A stretch of DNA of 62,907 nucleotides, counting the filler, from Chiloscyllium plagiosum (lineage: Eukaryota): the NCBI RefSeq assembly GCF_004010195.1. It is 4 parts of one record of this genome, joined end to end, with 100 filler letters (N's around TTAATTAATTAA, not from the genome) between each part and the next. Parts side by side here need not be neighbours in the genome. Positions count along the whole stretch, not along the records: positions 17,078 to 36,948 come from NC_057713.1; 3 more parts are not named here. One strand, 5' to 3'. Below the pieces are notes generated by a model. That model saw nothing but the letters and a program-made list of their open reading frames with translations, was not told the origin of the DNA and searched no databases. This document shows, one piece after another, positions 23,700-37,048 of the stretch (position 1 is the stretch's first letter; every line of letters starts with the position of its first letter). The position numbers and the translations under genes were made by a program.

Positions 23700-24745
23700 C
23701 TGACTGCTTGGCTGGATGTAAAAGCTCACAGAGCACTATTTCAAAGAGTAGGCAAGTTGTCCCTAGTCTTGATTGATGGTTATCCCTCAAACAGCACAGA
23801 TAAATAGATTGTTCCTCACCTTGCTGTATGTGGGAATTTGGTGTCTGCTTACATCTGGAAAGATGGTGGTGGAATGGGGCTTTTGAGCCCAGGACTCCAC
23901 CCTGTCTGCTTTTTTATTGTTTCTTCTCTTTTCTTTTTTCCTCTTTTCTCTCAATTTTCTTTTCTTTTCTATTTTAATTCACTTACTTCTCAGTGAAGAG
24001 CCTGGTCTCAGACCTGAGTGGCCCAGGGGTGCATACTCGTGGCAATAGTATTGGAGGTGGGTTTGGGTACCCAGCAGTTCCTGCACCATCGCGGTGATCC
24101 TCGCGCCAACTCATGGCTGCTGCGGAGGTGAAGTTGGGTTCTCAGCGGTGACTGCTTCCAGTGCAGATTCATGGAGGTGGCGATGGGAGGTGAGTTTGGA
24201 CCCAGTAGGAGAGCTGGGGCATCAGCGACTGCATTGATGAGGTGGGCCCGAGGCAGACTCATGGTAGCGGTGGAGTCAAGTTTGGGCTGGTTCAGTACTC
24301 ACCAACATCGGTGGCTTCTGCCCTGGCATGTTCCAGCGTGGACTCATAGTAGTGAGGTGAGTTGGCACCGAAGAGTGGAGACTTTCATTCCAGCAGTGAA
24401 GGGACTTGTACCTGACCATCAGGCCCATGGTCCATGACCGAGCACTTCACAAGAAGAACTGTAAAGTTGGACACTTCCTTTTTTTCTTCATTTTTCCACC
24501 TTTTTATTCAATGTTTTGGTTTATTTGTGTTTTACGAAGGCGCTGGAGAGTGGTGACATTATACAACACTTCTCACTGAATTTTGTAACAAGATACACGT
24601 GACAATAAATAAATCAAAATATCACATCTTACTGGCTGCTGTATTTCCTACCCAACAACAGTGATGAAACTTCATGAAACACTCCATTGGTGTAAAATGC
24701 TTTGAGATTTCTGATTGTGAAATGTGCAATACAAATTCTTTCTCT
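23700..24745 (+). mobile_element. Deu-domain SINE (SacSINE1/AmnSINE-like) split by an insert at about 23857-24623
   Basis: GCACTATTTCAAAGAG..TTATCCCTCAA..TTGCTGTATGTGGGA on the left and GCTGCTGTATTTCCTAC..ACAACAGTGA..CATTGGTGTAAAATGCTTTGAGA on the right resemble the recalled Deu domain and tail. Confidence 0.6.
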
Positions 24746-25127
24746 CCACTAATAAACTGACATATTGTTTGTGTTTTTTAATGGCCTCGCTAACCTATGA
24801 TGCAACCTTTAATGATTGTTATATTTATATTTGGTGAGATCCCATCGTTCCTCTACATGATCTCAATTCACACCTTCCAAGTATAAGTGACCTCCCTATT
24901 CTTCATAGAAAAGGTACTATATTGTATGTGTCTGTGAGGAGGAGGATGGAATAAAGGAGGAGGACCCTGAGGCAGAAAGAGATAGCGCTGAAAAAAGGGA
25001 GATACTCCAAGAGCTGGCCTCCTTTTTAATTCACAGTTAGGAAAGGTAAGGGGGAAAGGGACTTCCCTTATCTCTCTCATGCTCTCCAACATTCGATCCA
25101 GATCAGCATCAATGAAGTGCGGAGCGA

Positions 25128-25378
25128 TTCTGGCCTGAGTGCCAGGTCTCTGGCCTAAGTGTCAGGTCTCTGGCCTGAGTGTCAGGTCTCTGGCCTGAGT
25201 GCCAGGTCTCTGGCCTGAGTGTCAGGGGTCTTTGGCCTAATTGCCAGGTCTCTGGCCTGAGTGCCAGGTCTCTGGCTTGAGTGTCAGGTCTCTGGCCTGA
25301 GTGTCAGGTCTCTGGCCTGAGTGCCAGGTCTCTGGCCTGAGTGCCAGGTCTCTGGCCTGAGTGTCAGGTCTCTGGCTC
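25128..25378. repeat. 20-bp minisatellite, about 12 units
   Basis: (TCTCTGGCCTGAGTGYCAGG)n. Confidence 0.95.
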
Positions 25379-25704
25379 CCCTGAGGCATCTGGTGAAGGG
25401 GGAGACTTTTGTTCCAATTTGCAGATCAATCCATTGAGACCGCTGACAGCCTGAGTGAAGACTGCTGTGCGGTCCCACACTTCATCTGTCAGATCTTCGT
25501 TTCTGCCCCCTCTGGCACTAATTGAGAAGGAAATCTGTCTCGACATTACTTGTGTGCTTACCCCTGAAGATCTGCAAGTGAATTTCTTCCACCTTTTTGT
25601 ACACTGTCTGGTCATAGTGAAGCCACCATATCCTGTCAGTGTGGGAAACTCACAGCTCACTCCCACCTACTTAAAGATCATTAAGGATGAGCAATAAATA
25701 TTGG

Positions 25705-26182
25705 CCTGCATGTCAGAGCCTGGGTGTCCCTGGAGAAGGAGCATACAGTGTCCACCAACACCCTCGAGATTTTCAGGGAAAGTTGGGCACCGCAGGGACT
25801 GGAGTGTTTTATTTCCCTCTCCAACTCCATTTTGATTTAATTCCTGCCCTCCCCTTCACTGTTTGATCATGCAGTATTGCCCTCTGCAAAGGGCACTGCT
25901 TGTCACTGGCCACTCAGGTGTTTCCTTTCCTCATGGTGGTGGAATTTGAATAAAGATTTGTACACCTGTTGTCTATCACTGTGTCTTATACCTGCACATA
26001 CACAACATGGGTGTTGGGGAAAAAATAAGCAGTTAGGTGGTAGTGTTGGGGAGAAAGAAAAAGAAAAAATATATATATATATAACCAGGAGATATTGCCC
26101 TTTGTCGAGGAGGGCACTGCTTGTCACTGGCCACTCAGGTGTTTCCTTTCTTCCTAGTGGTGGAAAAAAAAAGAAAAAAAAA
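25705..26182 (+). mobile_element. Tx1/L1-clade LINE 3' end (second family) with 3' UTR and A-rich tail
   Basis: VRAWVSLEKEHTVSTNTLEIFRESWAPQGLECFIS resembles Tx1 ORF2 C-termini; AATAAA at about 25949; A-run at 26165-26182. Confidence 0.55.
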
Positions 26183-27199
26183 TTAATGCTGGTCTCGACA
26201 GCAATGGCAATATTATCTGAACGAGTACCAACACAACCTACACAACCTTCCTGGTGTAGTGTAGTGGATGAAACACAGTTCCTGTTCACCAGATAAATTT
26301 CTTGTCATTCTCAATATGTAGTTCTTTGCATATTAGCAACTCATTGTAGGTTATAGTGATATGACAGGGTCTGAGCAACATGGACTACAGAAAGATCTGT
26401 GACAAAATTGGATTAGAAATCCATCTTGACATCAAGAGCATCTTTCTCCTTTTTCTATGCAATTTGTTGGTGACAGGCAAGTTTCTCACCAGGCAACAGT
26501 AAGCTAAACATTAAGGTGGATTTATCTAATTACACATCATATTAATTCCGCAATTCACTTCATAAATATTCAGCTTCCTATTTTACAAAACATGGCAAAC
26601 AAGCTAAAGATGGAAATCAGAGTGGGTGCCTGGTGACTTCAGCTGACTGCAATGGAAATCCATATTCGACACTGAGAACCAAGATCCCAGAGCACACTCC
26701 CTGGCCCCAAATACCCCATGTCCACTGACATGTATCGGCCTCCAAGAACCCTCAAGACACATCTCCATTCCACTTACAAGATGATTCTGCACTTCAGTGC
26801 TGCATCTCCAGCTGCACCAGCAACTATCATTGTAATGCGACTGCAAGGACACTGTGCACTCAGGGGTCACACATCCAGCTCATCGACTGCACCAGGCTGC
26901 CTCTCCAGGCTCTCCATTTCCTATTACAGCACTCACTAACTGTGAGCCACCTGGCTTGCATTGCCTCGACTTTCACTTCACCTCCTTGGCCAGAGTTACC
27001 AGGGTTATACTGCTTCTGTCTTGCCTTGCCATTTCGCACAGACACAAAGACAGGAACCTTATCAAGTCTGTCAGCAGGGACAGTCAAGTCGAAGGGAATA
27101 GCTTTCAGCCAGGGTTAGCCAGCACAGTAAGTCAAGGGTAACCTGTGATACCAATCCAGACACTTGGCCATAGTCAGTCAGATACTCGGATGGTCAGAA

Positions 27200-27880
27200 T
27201 CAGCAACCTTAGGATTCTCTTAAAGTTAACTTGTAGGTTCAGTTGGCAGTTATGAAGGTAAATGCAATGTTAGCGTTCATTCCAAGAGAGCGAGAATACA
27301 AGAGCAGAGATGTACTGTTGAGGTTGTATAAGGCTCTGGTCAGACGGCATTTGGAATAGTGAGAGCAGTTTTAGGCCCCATACCTAAGGAAGGATGTGTT
27401 GGCCTTGCAGGAGGTTCGAAGGAGGTTCACAAGAATGATCTGAGGATGAAGGGTTTGCCATATGAGGAGCTGTTGAGGACTCTGACTCATTGAGGATGCA
27501 ATGGAGTTTAGAAAGATAAGGGAACATCTCAATGAAACTTACAGGACACTGAGAGGCCTGGATAGAATGGACATGGAGAAGATGTTTCCATCTGTCCACT
27601 CTAAGGTAGTGCTGTAGTAGGACCCAGGAGCACAGCCTCAGAGTGAATAGATGACCCTTGAGAACTGAGTTGAGGAGGAATTTCTTCAGCTAAAGGGTGC
27701 TGAATCTGTGGAACTCTGTGTATTTAGGAAGAGATAGATAGGTTGTTGATTAGTTAGGGGATCAAAGATTATGGGGAGAAGTCAGGATTGGGGGTGAGAA
27801 ACATAAGAGTCATGATCAAATGATGGAGCACCACTGATTGGCTGAATGTTCCGCCATCTTTTGGTCTTATCGTCTTCTTG
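27200..27880 (+). mobile_element. Decayed CR1 3' part
   Basis: LRLYKALVRRHLE-like text and AATCTGTGGAACTC motif. Confidence 0.75.
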
Positions 27881-27949
27881 TATAACTGTGAGGAGCCAAA
27901 TGTCAGGCCGCCTACTATCCACCTTGGGTTTTATTAATTCTGCAGGGGG

Positions 27950-28400
27950 CTTCTTCCCTCATGGAATGCGAGAGAGGCAGGTTTTATGGAAGATAAAAGT
28001 GGGTAGCACAGCTTGGTGCAAGTGAGGAGGTGTCCTGAGTAAGTCAGTTGGCAGCACAGAAGGCATGCAATGTTAGTGCTGTCAGAGGGTTCAGGTGGTT
28101 GATAATAAGAAATGGAAAATATTGCAGACAATAGTGAGAGTGGTAGACCATGCGCCTTGGTAGAAGGTGAGTACAGGAGCAGAGGTGGAGAGTGATGGGG
28201 ACATCAGAGAGAAAATGGTGGCATGTACCCTGATGGAGTGAAGACTTTCCTCCCACAGTGCTGGGCATTCCCTCAGATGATTGAGACTGCACTGACCCAG
28301 GTGGCAAACTCAGACAAGACTGGCATGGTCTTGTGTGCTGGTCTGGGGGATGTGAAAGACAATTTCCCTTTGTCTGGCATGTCATTGACTAATGTCAGGA
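27950..28400 (-). mobile_element. Possible Harbinger Myb/SANT-like gene relic
   Basis: Minus strand ..LSEFATWVSAVSII*GNAQHCGRKV.. resembles a Myb/SANT helix motif; the flank is homologous to 49850-50100. Confidence 0.35.
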
Positions 28401-30029
28401 ACTGTGCAGGTCCTTGTAAACTGGGACTTTATACATGGCATTGGTGCAAGACTGCCAGCCTTTTGGAGGTAACCAATGTGTAACAAGTAGTTCTGGTAAT
28501 GTTGCATGATAAGATTGGGATGGAATCGAATAGGGACAGGGTAGATAGTTAATAAGGCAAGATTGGTAAGATACAACAACAATTCTCACTGGATCTCATG
28601 GTAAGAAGCCCCCAGAAAAAGTCAATGTCACCTGCACTTTGCCAATATTCAGCCCATTGTCACAGAGAGGACCAGATGTCAGGTCTCACTTTGCCGAAAT
28701 CCTGAGACAAGTCCATGAGACTTTATCACGATGGGTAGTGCTTATGGCATTGCTCATATTAACCCTTTCAATCCAGCACAACTGGCAATGAGTGTCTGAT
28801 CCAAAAATAAACCTGGCTCTTGTCCCCACTTCCATAGTGAAAATTCAGCTCTCTGTGTCTACAACCTAAACAACAAAAATGATTAAAAACATTTCTGGTT
28901 ATAAATTTTAATGCATTAACCAAGAACTGTGCTTCTTCTTATAATACAACAATCAAACTGTTTAAATGAAGTTTCTGTTCATAGCTGTAACAATTGAGAA
29001 GTGTATCATTTCACAACTAAACACAGTTTAGCTGAAGTGGAAAGCCATTCCTTCCTTAAATATAATGGTACATTTTGACTCAAATTGCACCTTCTTTGCT
29101 TCATCTTGCAGAGTCCTCTGCTGGTACTTGAAAAGATTGATTTTACCTTCAAACATCTTTCAGATAAAACAAAGATCGGGAGCATCTGAGGGAAGAAAGG
29201 CAGAGTTAATATCTCAAGTCAGGTGATTTCGTTTTGGTCTGATATTCGAAGGTGGGATCATGGTCCAGGGGAAAATGGAAGAAAGTGTCCAAGAGCTGAC
29301 ACTCAACCTCCACAATGTAGAGGTCACACATGAGACAACAAGAGCACCACCTTTGTCGGCAGCTTGATGACAAAGTCAGGATTGGATCTGAGCGCATGAA
29401 ATGCAGTCAGTTCAGAGGTAGATAGGTTTGAATGAGTAGGTGGGGCAGAGAAATTAAAGAGACTGATGTCACATCAACAGTTCTCAATGAGCAAGTTGTG
29501 TGTGGGTAAAAGGTCAGAGGGAGGGGTCAAGGTGGAACGAGAGTGTTAAAGTAAGGTGAAGACAGGGAAGAGTTACTGGACCCGAAACATTAGCTTTGGT
29601 TTCTTCCCACAGATGCTGCCACACCTGCTGAGTTTCTCCAGCAATCCTTTGAGATAATTTTAACTTTGATCAATAGTGTAGAATGGTCAGCTATAAAATC
29701 AGCGATCCATTTTACGTCAGTCACTCGGCTATACATTTTTTTAGCCTCAATGGAAAATAAAAGTGGTTGTGATGCTGACAGGTGAATTATTTGAGATTGA
29801 AAATCACAACGATTCCCTGGAGAGGGAGAGAGAGAATTCTTGCTAAGCAAACAAAGTAATGGTGAATATTGAGATTTTTCACTTACACTAGAATGGTGAA
29901 GATGGACCAAAACCATATAGAAAGTTAAAATAATTGATTTCAGCTTGTGGTGTGAAATCTTTTGCATTCTGTACTGCCCATTCTAATTTCTAACATTTTT
30001 CAATAGGAGCATTCATCCAAAAATGACAT

Positions 30030-30232
30030 TGAATCATAGAATCCTCACAGTATGGAAGTAGGCCATTCAGCCCATCGGGTCCACATTCACCCTCCAAAAA
30101 GCATCCCACCCAGATCCACACCCTCTTCCCTAACCCTACATTTCACATAGCCAATCTACCTAGCCTGCACATCGCTGGACATAATGGACAAGTTGGCATG
30201 GCCAATCCACCTAACCTGCACATCATTGGACA
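30030..30232 (-). mobile_element. Partial older HE1-type SINE
   Basis: GCATGGCCAATCCACCTAACCTGCACATC and CATAGAATC tail. Confidence 0.7.
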
Positions 30233-30599
30233 TGGTGACTTTGTACGTACCTCATTGCATAATTCCCACTTCGTATAGAATGGACATCCAGCATTGTTGG
30301 ACAGGCTTCACTTAAACCAAGTTAGAACCAGATTTCCAATCAATCAGATAATTATGACTGTACTGAAGACATAACAATAAATAGGGGAAGGTAGGGGATT
30401 CAGATGAGGGGTCATTTATAAATCCAAGAAGAAAGCCAAAGACATGCAGTAGAAAAGTATGGCAGCAAGGACTTCTTGATGTTTGTTCAAATGAATTAGC
30501 TTCAAACAGGGAAAAGTGACAAGAAATTAATCTTAAAGGTGTTTTAACTTCATGCACAAAGCCTTTGTATTAAGATATATGCATTAATGGTACAAAATA

Positions 30600-31830
30600 A
30601 ATACATTTGATCTAGTAGCCATTACAGTTATATGGTGAGCAATTTTCTGAACCAAATACTTTAAAAAAAGACAAAATTAAAAGGGACGCAGGGCAACTGA
30701 CAATAATTGCCTTAAAATATCAGTAAATATAATTTATATTATTGGAGATAAGTAGTAACAAGGAGTAGAAAATATTGGTGAGAATGACTTATAGGATAAA
30801 GTATTAATCAAAACGTGAGAGGGGTTTGAAGCAAAGATAATGTATCAATCATTTGGGACTTCATATACACTGCACTAATCAAATTTGCAATGTTAGTTTG
30901 GAGAATGAGTTTATGGAGTATATTTGGGATAGTTCCGTCAAACAACCAGGTAAGAACGTTTCAAATTTTCTCTTATCTTGTGTGATAATGGTTAATTAGG
31001 CATCGCATAGTTAGCAATACTCTGGAGGAGAGTGGTAGCAATTTGATGGAATTTATATTAAGCGTCACCTACTAATTTCAAAACTAGAATCTTACACTTT
31101 TGTGCAGTAAAGCCAATTGCTTGAGTGTGAGGGATAAGGATGAGGTTGTTTGCAGCATCAGATTAAAAGGTACGTTGATAGAAAAATAATGGAGAAAGTT
31201 TAAGGGGGGAAAAGTATCATAATTCTGAGTAAAGATCCAGAGAAACAAAAACTTAATGAAATACAATGACTCATCTGTGGTTTAGAAAAAAATATAAGGA
31301 GAGTTTTAGGTTCAAAGAAGAATCTTATTCTGTTGCTAAAAAAAGAGTAGTAAGGCTGAGGATTAGGACAATTATAGAAACCAGCAAAGGATGATTAAAA
31401 TTTTGATGCAGAATGAAAAAGAAATTATGAGTGTAAATTAGCAAAAAATATAAATTGGAAGTGTGAAAATATCTCCAATTATACAAAAAGGAAAAGAGTC
31501 ACAAAACAAGAGAACCTGAGACAAAAGAAATTGTAATTGACAAAGGGGAGAGGTGTTCAATGTTTTGTGTCTTCACATAAAAAATGCAAATACAAAACAG
31601 TGTGAGAAAGGTAAACAGATTAATGCCAGTAAAAAAAATAAGAAATTAATCATACTAAAGGCTGACAAGTACCCTGGAGTTATTAAGAGTTTGAAAAGAG
31701 GTAGTTGTAGAAACGGTGAATGCATTAGTTTTGATGTCCAAAAATCCCTCAATTCTGGAAAAATGCCAATGGATTGAAAGGTAACAAACGTGACATTACT
31801 CTTCAAGAGGTAGAGAGGATATAACCAGTT
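30600..31830 (+). mobile_element. Highly decayed CR1 endonuclease/linker region
   Basis: AT-rich relic with LKADKYPG..QKSLNSGKMPMD.KVTNVT text. Confidence 0.5.
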
Positions 31831-32259
31831 AGCATGGTATCAGAAAATGGGGGGAGGAAAATACAGACAATAGTTCTAAGGCTGTATTTTATAACCGTGT
31901 TTCCAAATGCAAATATGGAATCAGCGGCTGATTGAGCTAGAAGTGCCCAGCAATGGTCCACCACCCGGCCCACCTATTCTCACGAGATTTTTATCACCAT
32001 CCTGCCCCTGTCACAGGTTTCCCTAGCACCACAATCCCTCAGCCCCAGTCTCACAGGTCGCACCACCTCCCATCCAACAATTACACGATTTCCCCAGCCA
32101 ACTCCTCTCCACACTCTTACAGGCTGCACAGCAACACAGTGCCTTATCCACTGTCACAGAATTATCAGAAACCCAAACCCCACAACACCCACCAACGTCT
32201 ACAGGTTTCCCTCATACCAGGCCACCTAACACAAGGTAAACACTACAGATACCAGAAAT

Positions 32260-32452
32260 CTGAAAGGGAAACAGAGAATGCTGGAGGAACTCTGCATGTC
32301 TGGCAGTATTGGTGGAGAGTGAAATGGAGTTAATGTTTCTAGTTGAGATGAGGAGGAAGAGTCGTATCAGCTTTGAAACATTGATTCTGTTTCACTCTCC
32401 AGGGATGCTGACAGACCTGCTGAGTTCCTCTAGCATTCTCTGTTTTCATTTC
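32260..32452. mobile_element. Older fold-back Penelope-terminus mini-element
   Basis: AAACAGAGAATGCTGGAGGAACTC is inverted relative to GAGTTCCTCTAGCATTCTCTGTTT. Confidence 0.65.
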
Positions 32453-33424
32453 ACCCATCCACTTTCACAGCATCACCATCACTCACCTGCTCACCCACGG
32501 CTTGTACAGTCCTCCTGGTCAAAGTGTCCCACCATGATTTTATTCCTCCGGAAACTGCAGCATAAATGGATATTCAAGCATCATTTAAGATCCCGCATGA
32601 AGCCACATTGCATAAGATAAGCATTTATGGAATAACATATTAGCAAAGATTAAAGTATAGAGAACAAAGTGCAAAAATAATTGAAATAAAGCTAGGCTTG
32701 TTATGCAACATTATTTTGCAAGTAATTGAATGTGTAATTTGCAATGGGCAAAATTCCTTTCTGCAGAACAGTGCAGCCCATCCTTCCTACTTCAACTGAG
32801 CAGGCCATGCTCACTAAACAGAGAGGGGTTGAATTTTACTTGCTTCTCCAAGAGTTATGCCAGTTTTCTGGTGAAATTACATCGGGTGTTTGGGAGGGCG
32901 CCCACATAAAATCAACCTTGGGATGTTTACATGGACCTTGGCACAAAATAAGAACCCTGGTAATTCTGGATTGAGTGAAACTCAACAGAGTAATGGATGG
33001 AAAATTGCAGACAGCACAGCCCTGATTTCCTGGGATGTGAGGCCAGCAGCAATGTTCTCTTGGCAGGACTTAATCGGAACACCAAGCCTAGAGTGTGCAT
33101 GATACTTACAGCTGAAATGAGGAAAAAATAGAATACACCATGTAGAGGACTAATTCATCAAATAGGATAGGAGGAAGAATTTCTGTTTAAATGTTTTTTT
33201 TATTTTCAACAAGTCAGTGCATGCTGGAATAATCTAATGGCCTCAAAATCGAAAATAATGCCACCAGTGTAGTAATGCTGAGAAGTTGCCTCTCTGTCAC
33301 GACAATCCTTTGATAAAAGATTGTGATTGTGTTGCAAATTAGAAAGCAAGTTATTGGCCTGTGGACTCCATGATATATGAAGTTACAAGGAAGTTAGCAT
33401 GTAGGTACTATAGGCAATTTTGAA

Positions 33425-33870
33425 ATCCAGAAACATAGGAGCAGGATTAGGTCATTACACTGATTTCACCCGCTCTGCTGTTCAATGTGATCATGGATGA
33501 TCCTCATTCCTAATGCAATACTTCTATTCTCTCCACATTCCCCTTGGCACAACTATCTTCTAGAAATATATTTCTTTCTTAAATGTATACAGAAACTTTG
33601 CCACCACAGCCTTCTTTGGAAAAGACATCCATGGGTTCATCACCCTCTGACAGAAGAGATTTCTCCTCAAACAGTCCAAAATGGCCTCCCATGTATCCTG
33701 AAACTGTTCTAGATTCCCTGGACTGAGGGAGCACAGTATTTCATCCGTTGTGTCCAGTTCTATCAGAATTGAATACATTTCAACAAGATCCTTCTCATCC
33801 TTCTAAATTCCAGTGAATACAGACCCAATTAGCCCAATCACTTCTCATACAAGAGACCTCCCATCCCAAT
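33425..33870 (-). mobile_element. Old CR1 3' end
   Basis: CATAGGAGCAGGATTAGG..ATCATGGATGATC tail; ORF 33560-33778 NLFCQRVMNPW. Confidence 0.65.
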
Positions 33871-34239
33871 GTTGAGATTATTCTTTATAATACAGCATTT
33901 TTCTCGTATTTTCTGTGAAGGATGATGCATTAATTAACTACTGTTACGGCAGTAACTAGCCTTCTCCAAATCTAAGCAAATTTCTAGTAAATAAAGACAA
34001 AAAGAAAGGTACAAGAAAAATCTCAAGAATTGCTAGGGTGTCTGAAGTCACAATGTTCCATTGAACCAACACCAAATATTTATCTTGCTCCACCTCTACC
34101 CTTTTATTAATGTAGTTATGGGAAAATAGTGAGTTTTGTTCTTAGAAAGGAAGTCAAGTAACCTTCAGTTGATTGTGGGCAAAGGAATAATAGTTATCCG
34201 AACATCATAGCAGGTGTCCAATGTCCAGCGGTTGAAGGG

Positions 34240-34720
34240 ATTCTCTAGATTTGATTCCAGAGCTGAGTGGTTTGTCTTATGAAGAGAGATTGAGTTGTTT
34301 AGCCCTATATCCTGTGGAGTTTAGGAGAATGAGAGGATATCTCATTGATGTTTATAGATTCTAATGAGGATTGCCCAAGTAGATTTGGCAAGGTGTTTCT
34401 TCTTGTGGGGCGATCTAGGTTGAGACTTTGTAGTTTTAGGATCAGGGGTGGCAGATTTAAAACTGAGAGGAGGAGAAATTACTTCTCTGAAAGGATCGTG
34501 AATTTGTGGAATTCACTTCCCCAGAGTGCAGTTGATGCTGGGATATTAATTAAATTTAAGGAGGTGATAAACAGATTTTTAATGAGTAATGGGTTGAAGC
34601 ATTATGGGGAGCAGGCAGGAAAGTGGAGTCGAGGCTGAGATGAGATCAGCCATGATCGTATTGAATGGCGGAGCAGGCTTGAGGGAGTGAACAGCCTACT
34701 CCTATTTCCTATATTCTTAG
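34240..34720 (+). mobile_element. CR1 3' end
   Basis: ORF 34345-34638 RRNYFSERIVNLWNSLPQSAVDAG; GATCAGCCATGATC 3' UTR. Confidence 0.85.
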
Positions 34721-36340
34721 GTAAATGGGGGACAGGGTAAACTACCAGCCCTTAGAAATATGGTGTATCAGCAACACTTGCTCATGGTCAAGGGGCAGTC
34801 CTCATCAGGTAGGCCTCTTTGGGAGCAATTCTATTTAGGGAACTGTCTTGTTCAGACGGAAAATGGATCAGAAGAAATTAAAGGAAGACACCTAACACTT
34901 CGGCTAGAGAGCAGATTGCTCAGCTTTAATGAGATTGACACAGACTGTGCCACCTGCCTGTTTGTGCTGTGGTATCTGTGAATCATATCAAATATCACAA
35001 AGTCGATACTCTTCTTTGCTAATTGATTAATGTATCATATCGATACTGCTGCTTTAATAAATTATCGTGAGGATCTGAAATCTGAATACAGGCTGTTGTC
35101 ACGAACAACCATTTAATACATGCTCTTACTAACATAGGCAGTAACAAAATGGCTTCTTAACGCAAATAACATGACAAAATGGTTTCTTGGCTGAAAATTG
35201 CCAATTCTGCTTAAAAGCTGCATAAAATAGCTTTTAACCCTGCTAAAAGCTGCATTCCTGAATTATCCATAGTGTGCTTTAACAAAGATGAGCAGACAAT
35301 GCTTCCTTTACAGCATAGAAATAACTAGACTAAATAAGACATTACTAGCCATCCTAACTGACTGCAAGTGCAGGTGAAAAAAATAGTTTCAGGAGATAAA
35401 GGTGCTTAGATATGTAAAGGAAGGTTGGTTCCCAGGAAATATCATTGGGCTAAGTGCTGTCAATAATGTCATTTGATTAAATTTGATTGGTAATTGTTTG
35501 AATTTGCTCTGTAATTATGGCTGTACCTCTTTTCAAAAAATATATTAAAATGTCTTTGTCTTAAGCCATGTGTGCAGTTTCTCCTAGAGACACAAAAGTG
35601 TTTAAGCTCTGTGTTGCTGGACAACCTGTACCTGACTGTGATAATAAAGTATGAAATCTTACAGAACCAGATTGAATTGCTCATGTTTATTGACCGATCG
35701 CGGAACCGTGAGACCCCTCCCGTGGGTCAAGATCTTCAATCTGAACGTACAAATGGTCAGCTGCAAATACTGAGGTAACGGTGGTCACAAACCCAAAAAT
35801 TGAATAGAAGGAATCTGGTGAATGTTTGCTGCACTCCTACTTTGGCAAATATATCCTTTCTTGAATCAGAGAAATAAAACTGCACACATTACTCCAGATA
35901 GTCTGATCACGTTCTCTCATTTTATTTTACTCCTTTTTTTGGTGAACTTTTCAGTGCCTTTTGTTGATTTCCATAGCATTCCCAATCCTTAGACTGATCA
36001 CTAATCTATTGAGGAGAGATGATGGTGACATATATACAAGGAACATGAACAGCTGGAAAAACTTCAAAGTTCAGTTGATAAGATATAGAATTAAATCTTG
36101 ACTCATTAATAGTGACTAAGTTCAGAATCTTGAAAGGCATGGGTCAGTTCAGAAAAAGGGTGTGATCAGCAGAAATGAGATTCTCAACAATGAAAGGGAA
36201 ATGTCCAATTCTCCAAACTGGATTGGAGCAACAAGACAAGAATGGGAATCCTATTTACACACATTAGCACGTCATTATTACTAAATCTTGGTAAGTATTC
36301 TAAAATCCCTAGCATGAACATCAGCATGGTTACCTGATAG

Positions 36341-36948
36341 TTTTTTTTTTATTTCAAAAATATACTTTATTCATATATATTTAATCTATACAATTGGACT
36401 TGTCATCATTCTGTAAACATTCCATTTCTTTTCGTATCGAAACAGGGTAATCATTCATATTCACAGGTTGGTGCGATTACATTGAGCTCAGACGCCAGCG
36501 GAGCCCAAATGACTGCGTGGGCCCCCTGTTCTTCGTTAGGCAGGCAGATGTTAGACGGTGGTCTTTCCCCACCGTGCCTTGGCGGCAGCTGCCCCAAGCT
36601 TCAGCGCGTCCCTCAACACGTAGTCCTGAACCTTGGAATGTGCCAGTCTGCAGCACTCAGTCGGGGTCAACTCCTTCAGCTGGAAGACCAACAGGTTTCG
36701 GACCACCCAGAGAGCGTCCTTCACCGAGTTGATGATCCTCCAGGCACAGTTAATATTCGTCTCGGTGTGCGTCCCGGGGAACAGGCCGTAGAGCACAGAG
36801 TCCCGCGTCACGGCGCTGCTCGGGACGAACCGCGACAAACACCACTGCATTCCTCTCCAGTCTTCCTCTGCGTAGGCACATTCCAGAAGGAAGTGTGTGA
36901 CAGTCTCGTCCCCCCCGCAGCCGCTTCGAGGGCAGCATGCGGTGCGGC
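36341..36948 (-). mobile_element. Tx1-clade LINE 3' end (ORF2 CCHC knuckle, C-terminus, 3' UTR, poly-A)
   Basis: CPRSGCGGDETVTHFLLEC zinc knuckle ..VKDALWVVRNLLVF..RWGKTTV*; AATAAA then A10 tail; CpG-rich, so young. Confidence 0.88.
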
Positions 36949-37048
36949 NNNNNNNNNNNNNNNNNNNNNNNNNNNNNNNNNNNNNNNNNNNNTTAATTAA
37001 TTAANNNNNNNNNNNNNNNNNNNNNNNNNNNNNNNNNNNNNNNNNNNN
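36949..37048. other. Artificial 100-bp scaffold joiner
   Basis: 44 N + TTAATTAATTAA + 44 N. Confidence 0.95.
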
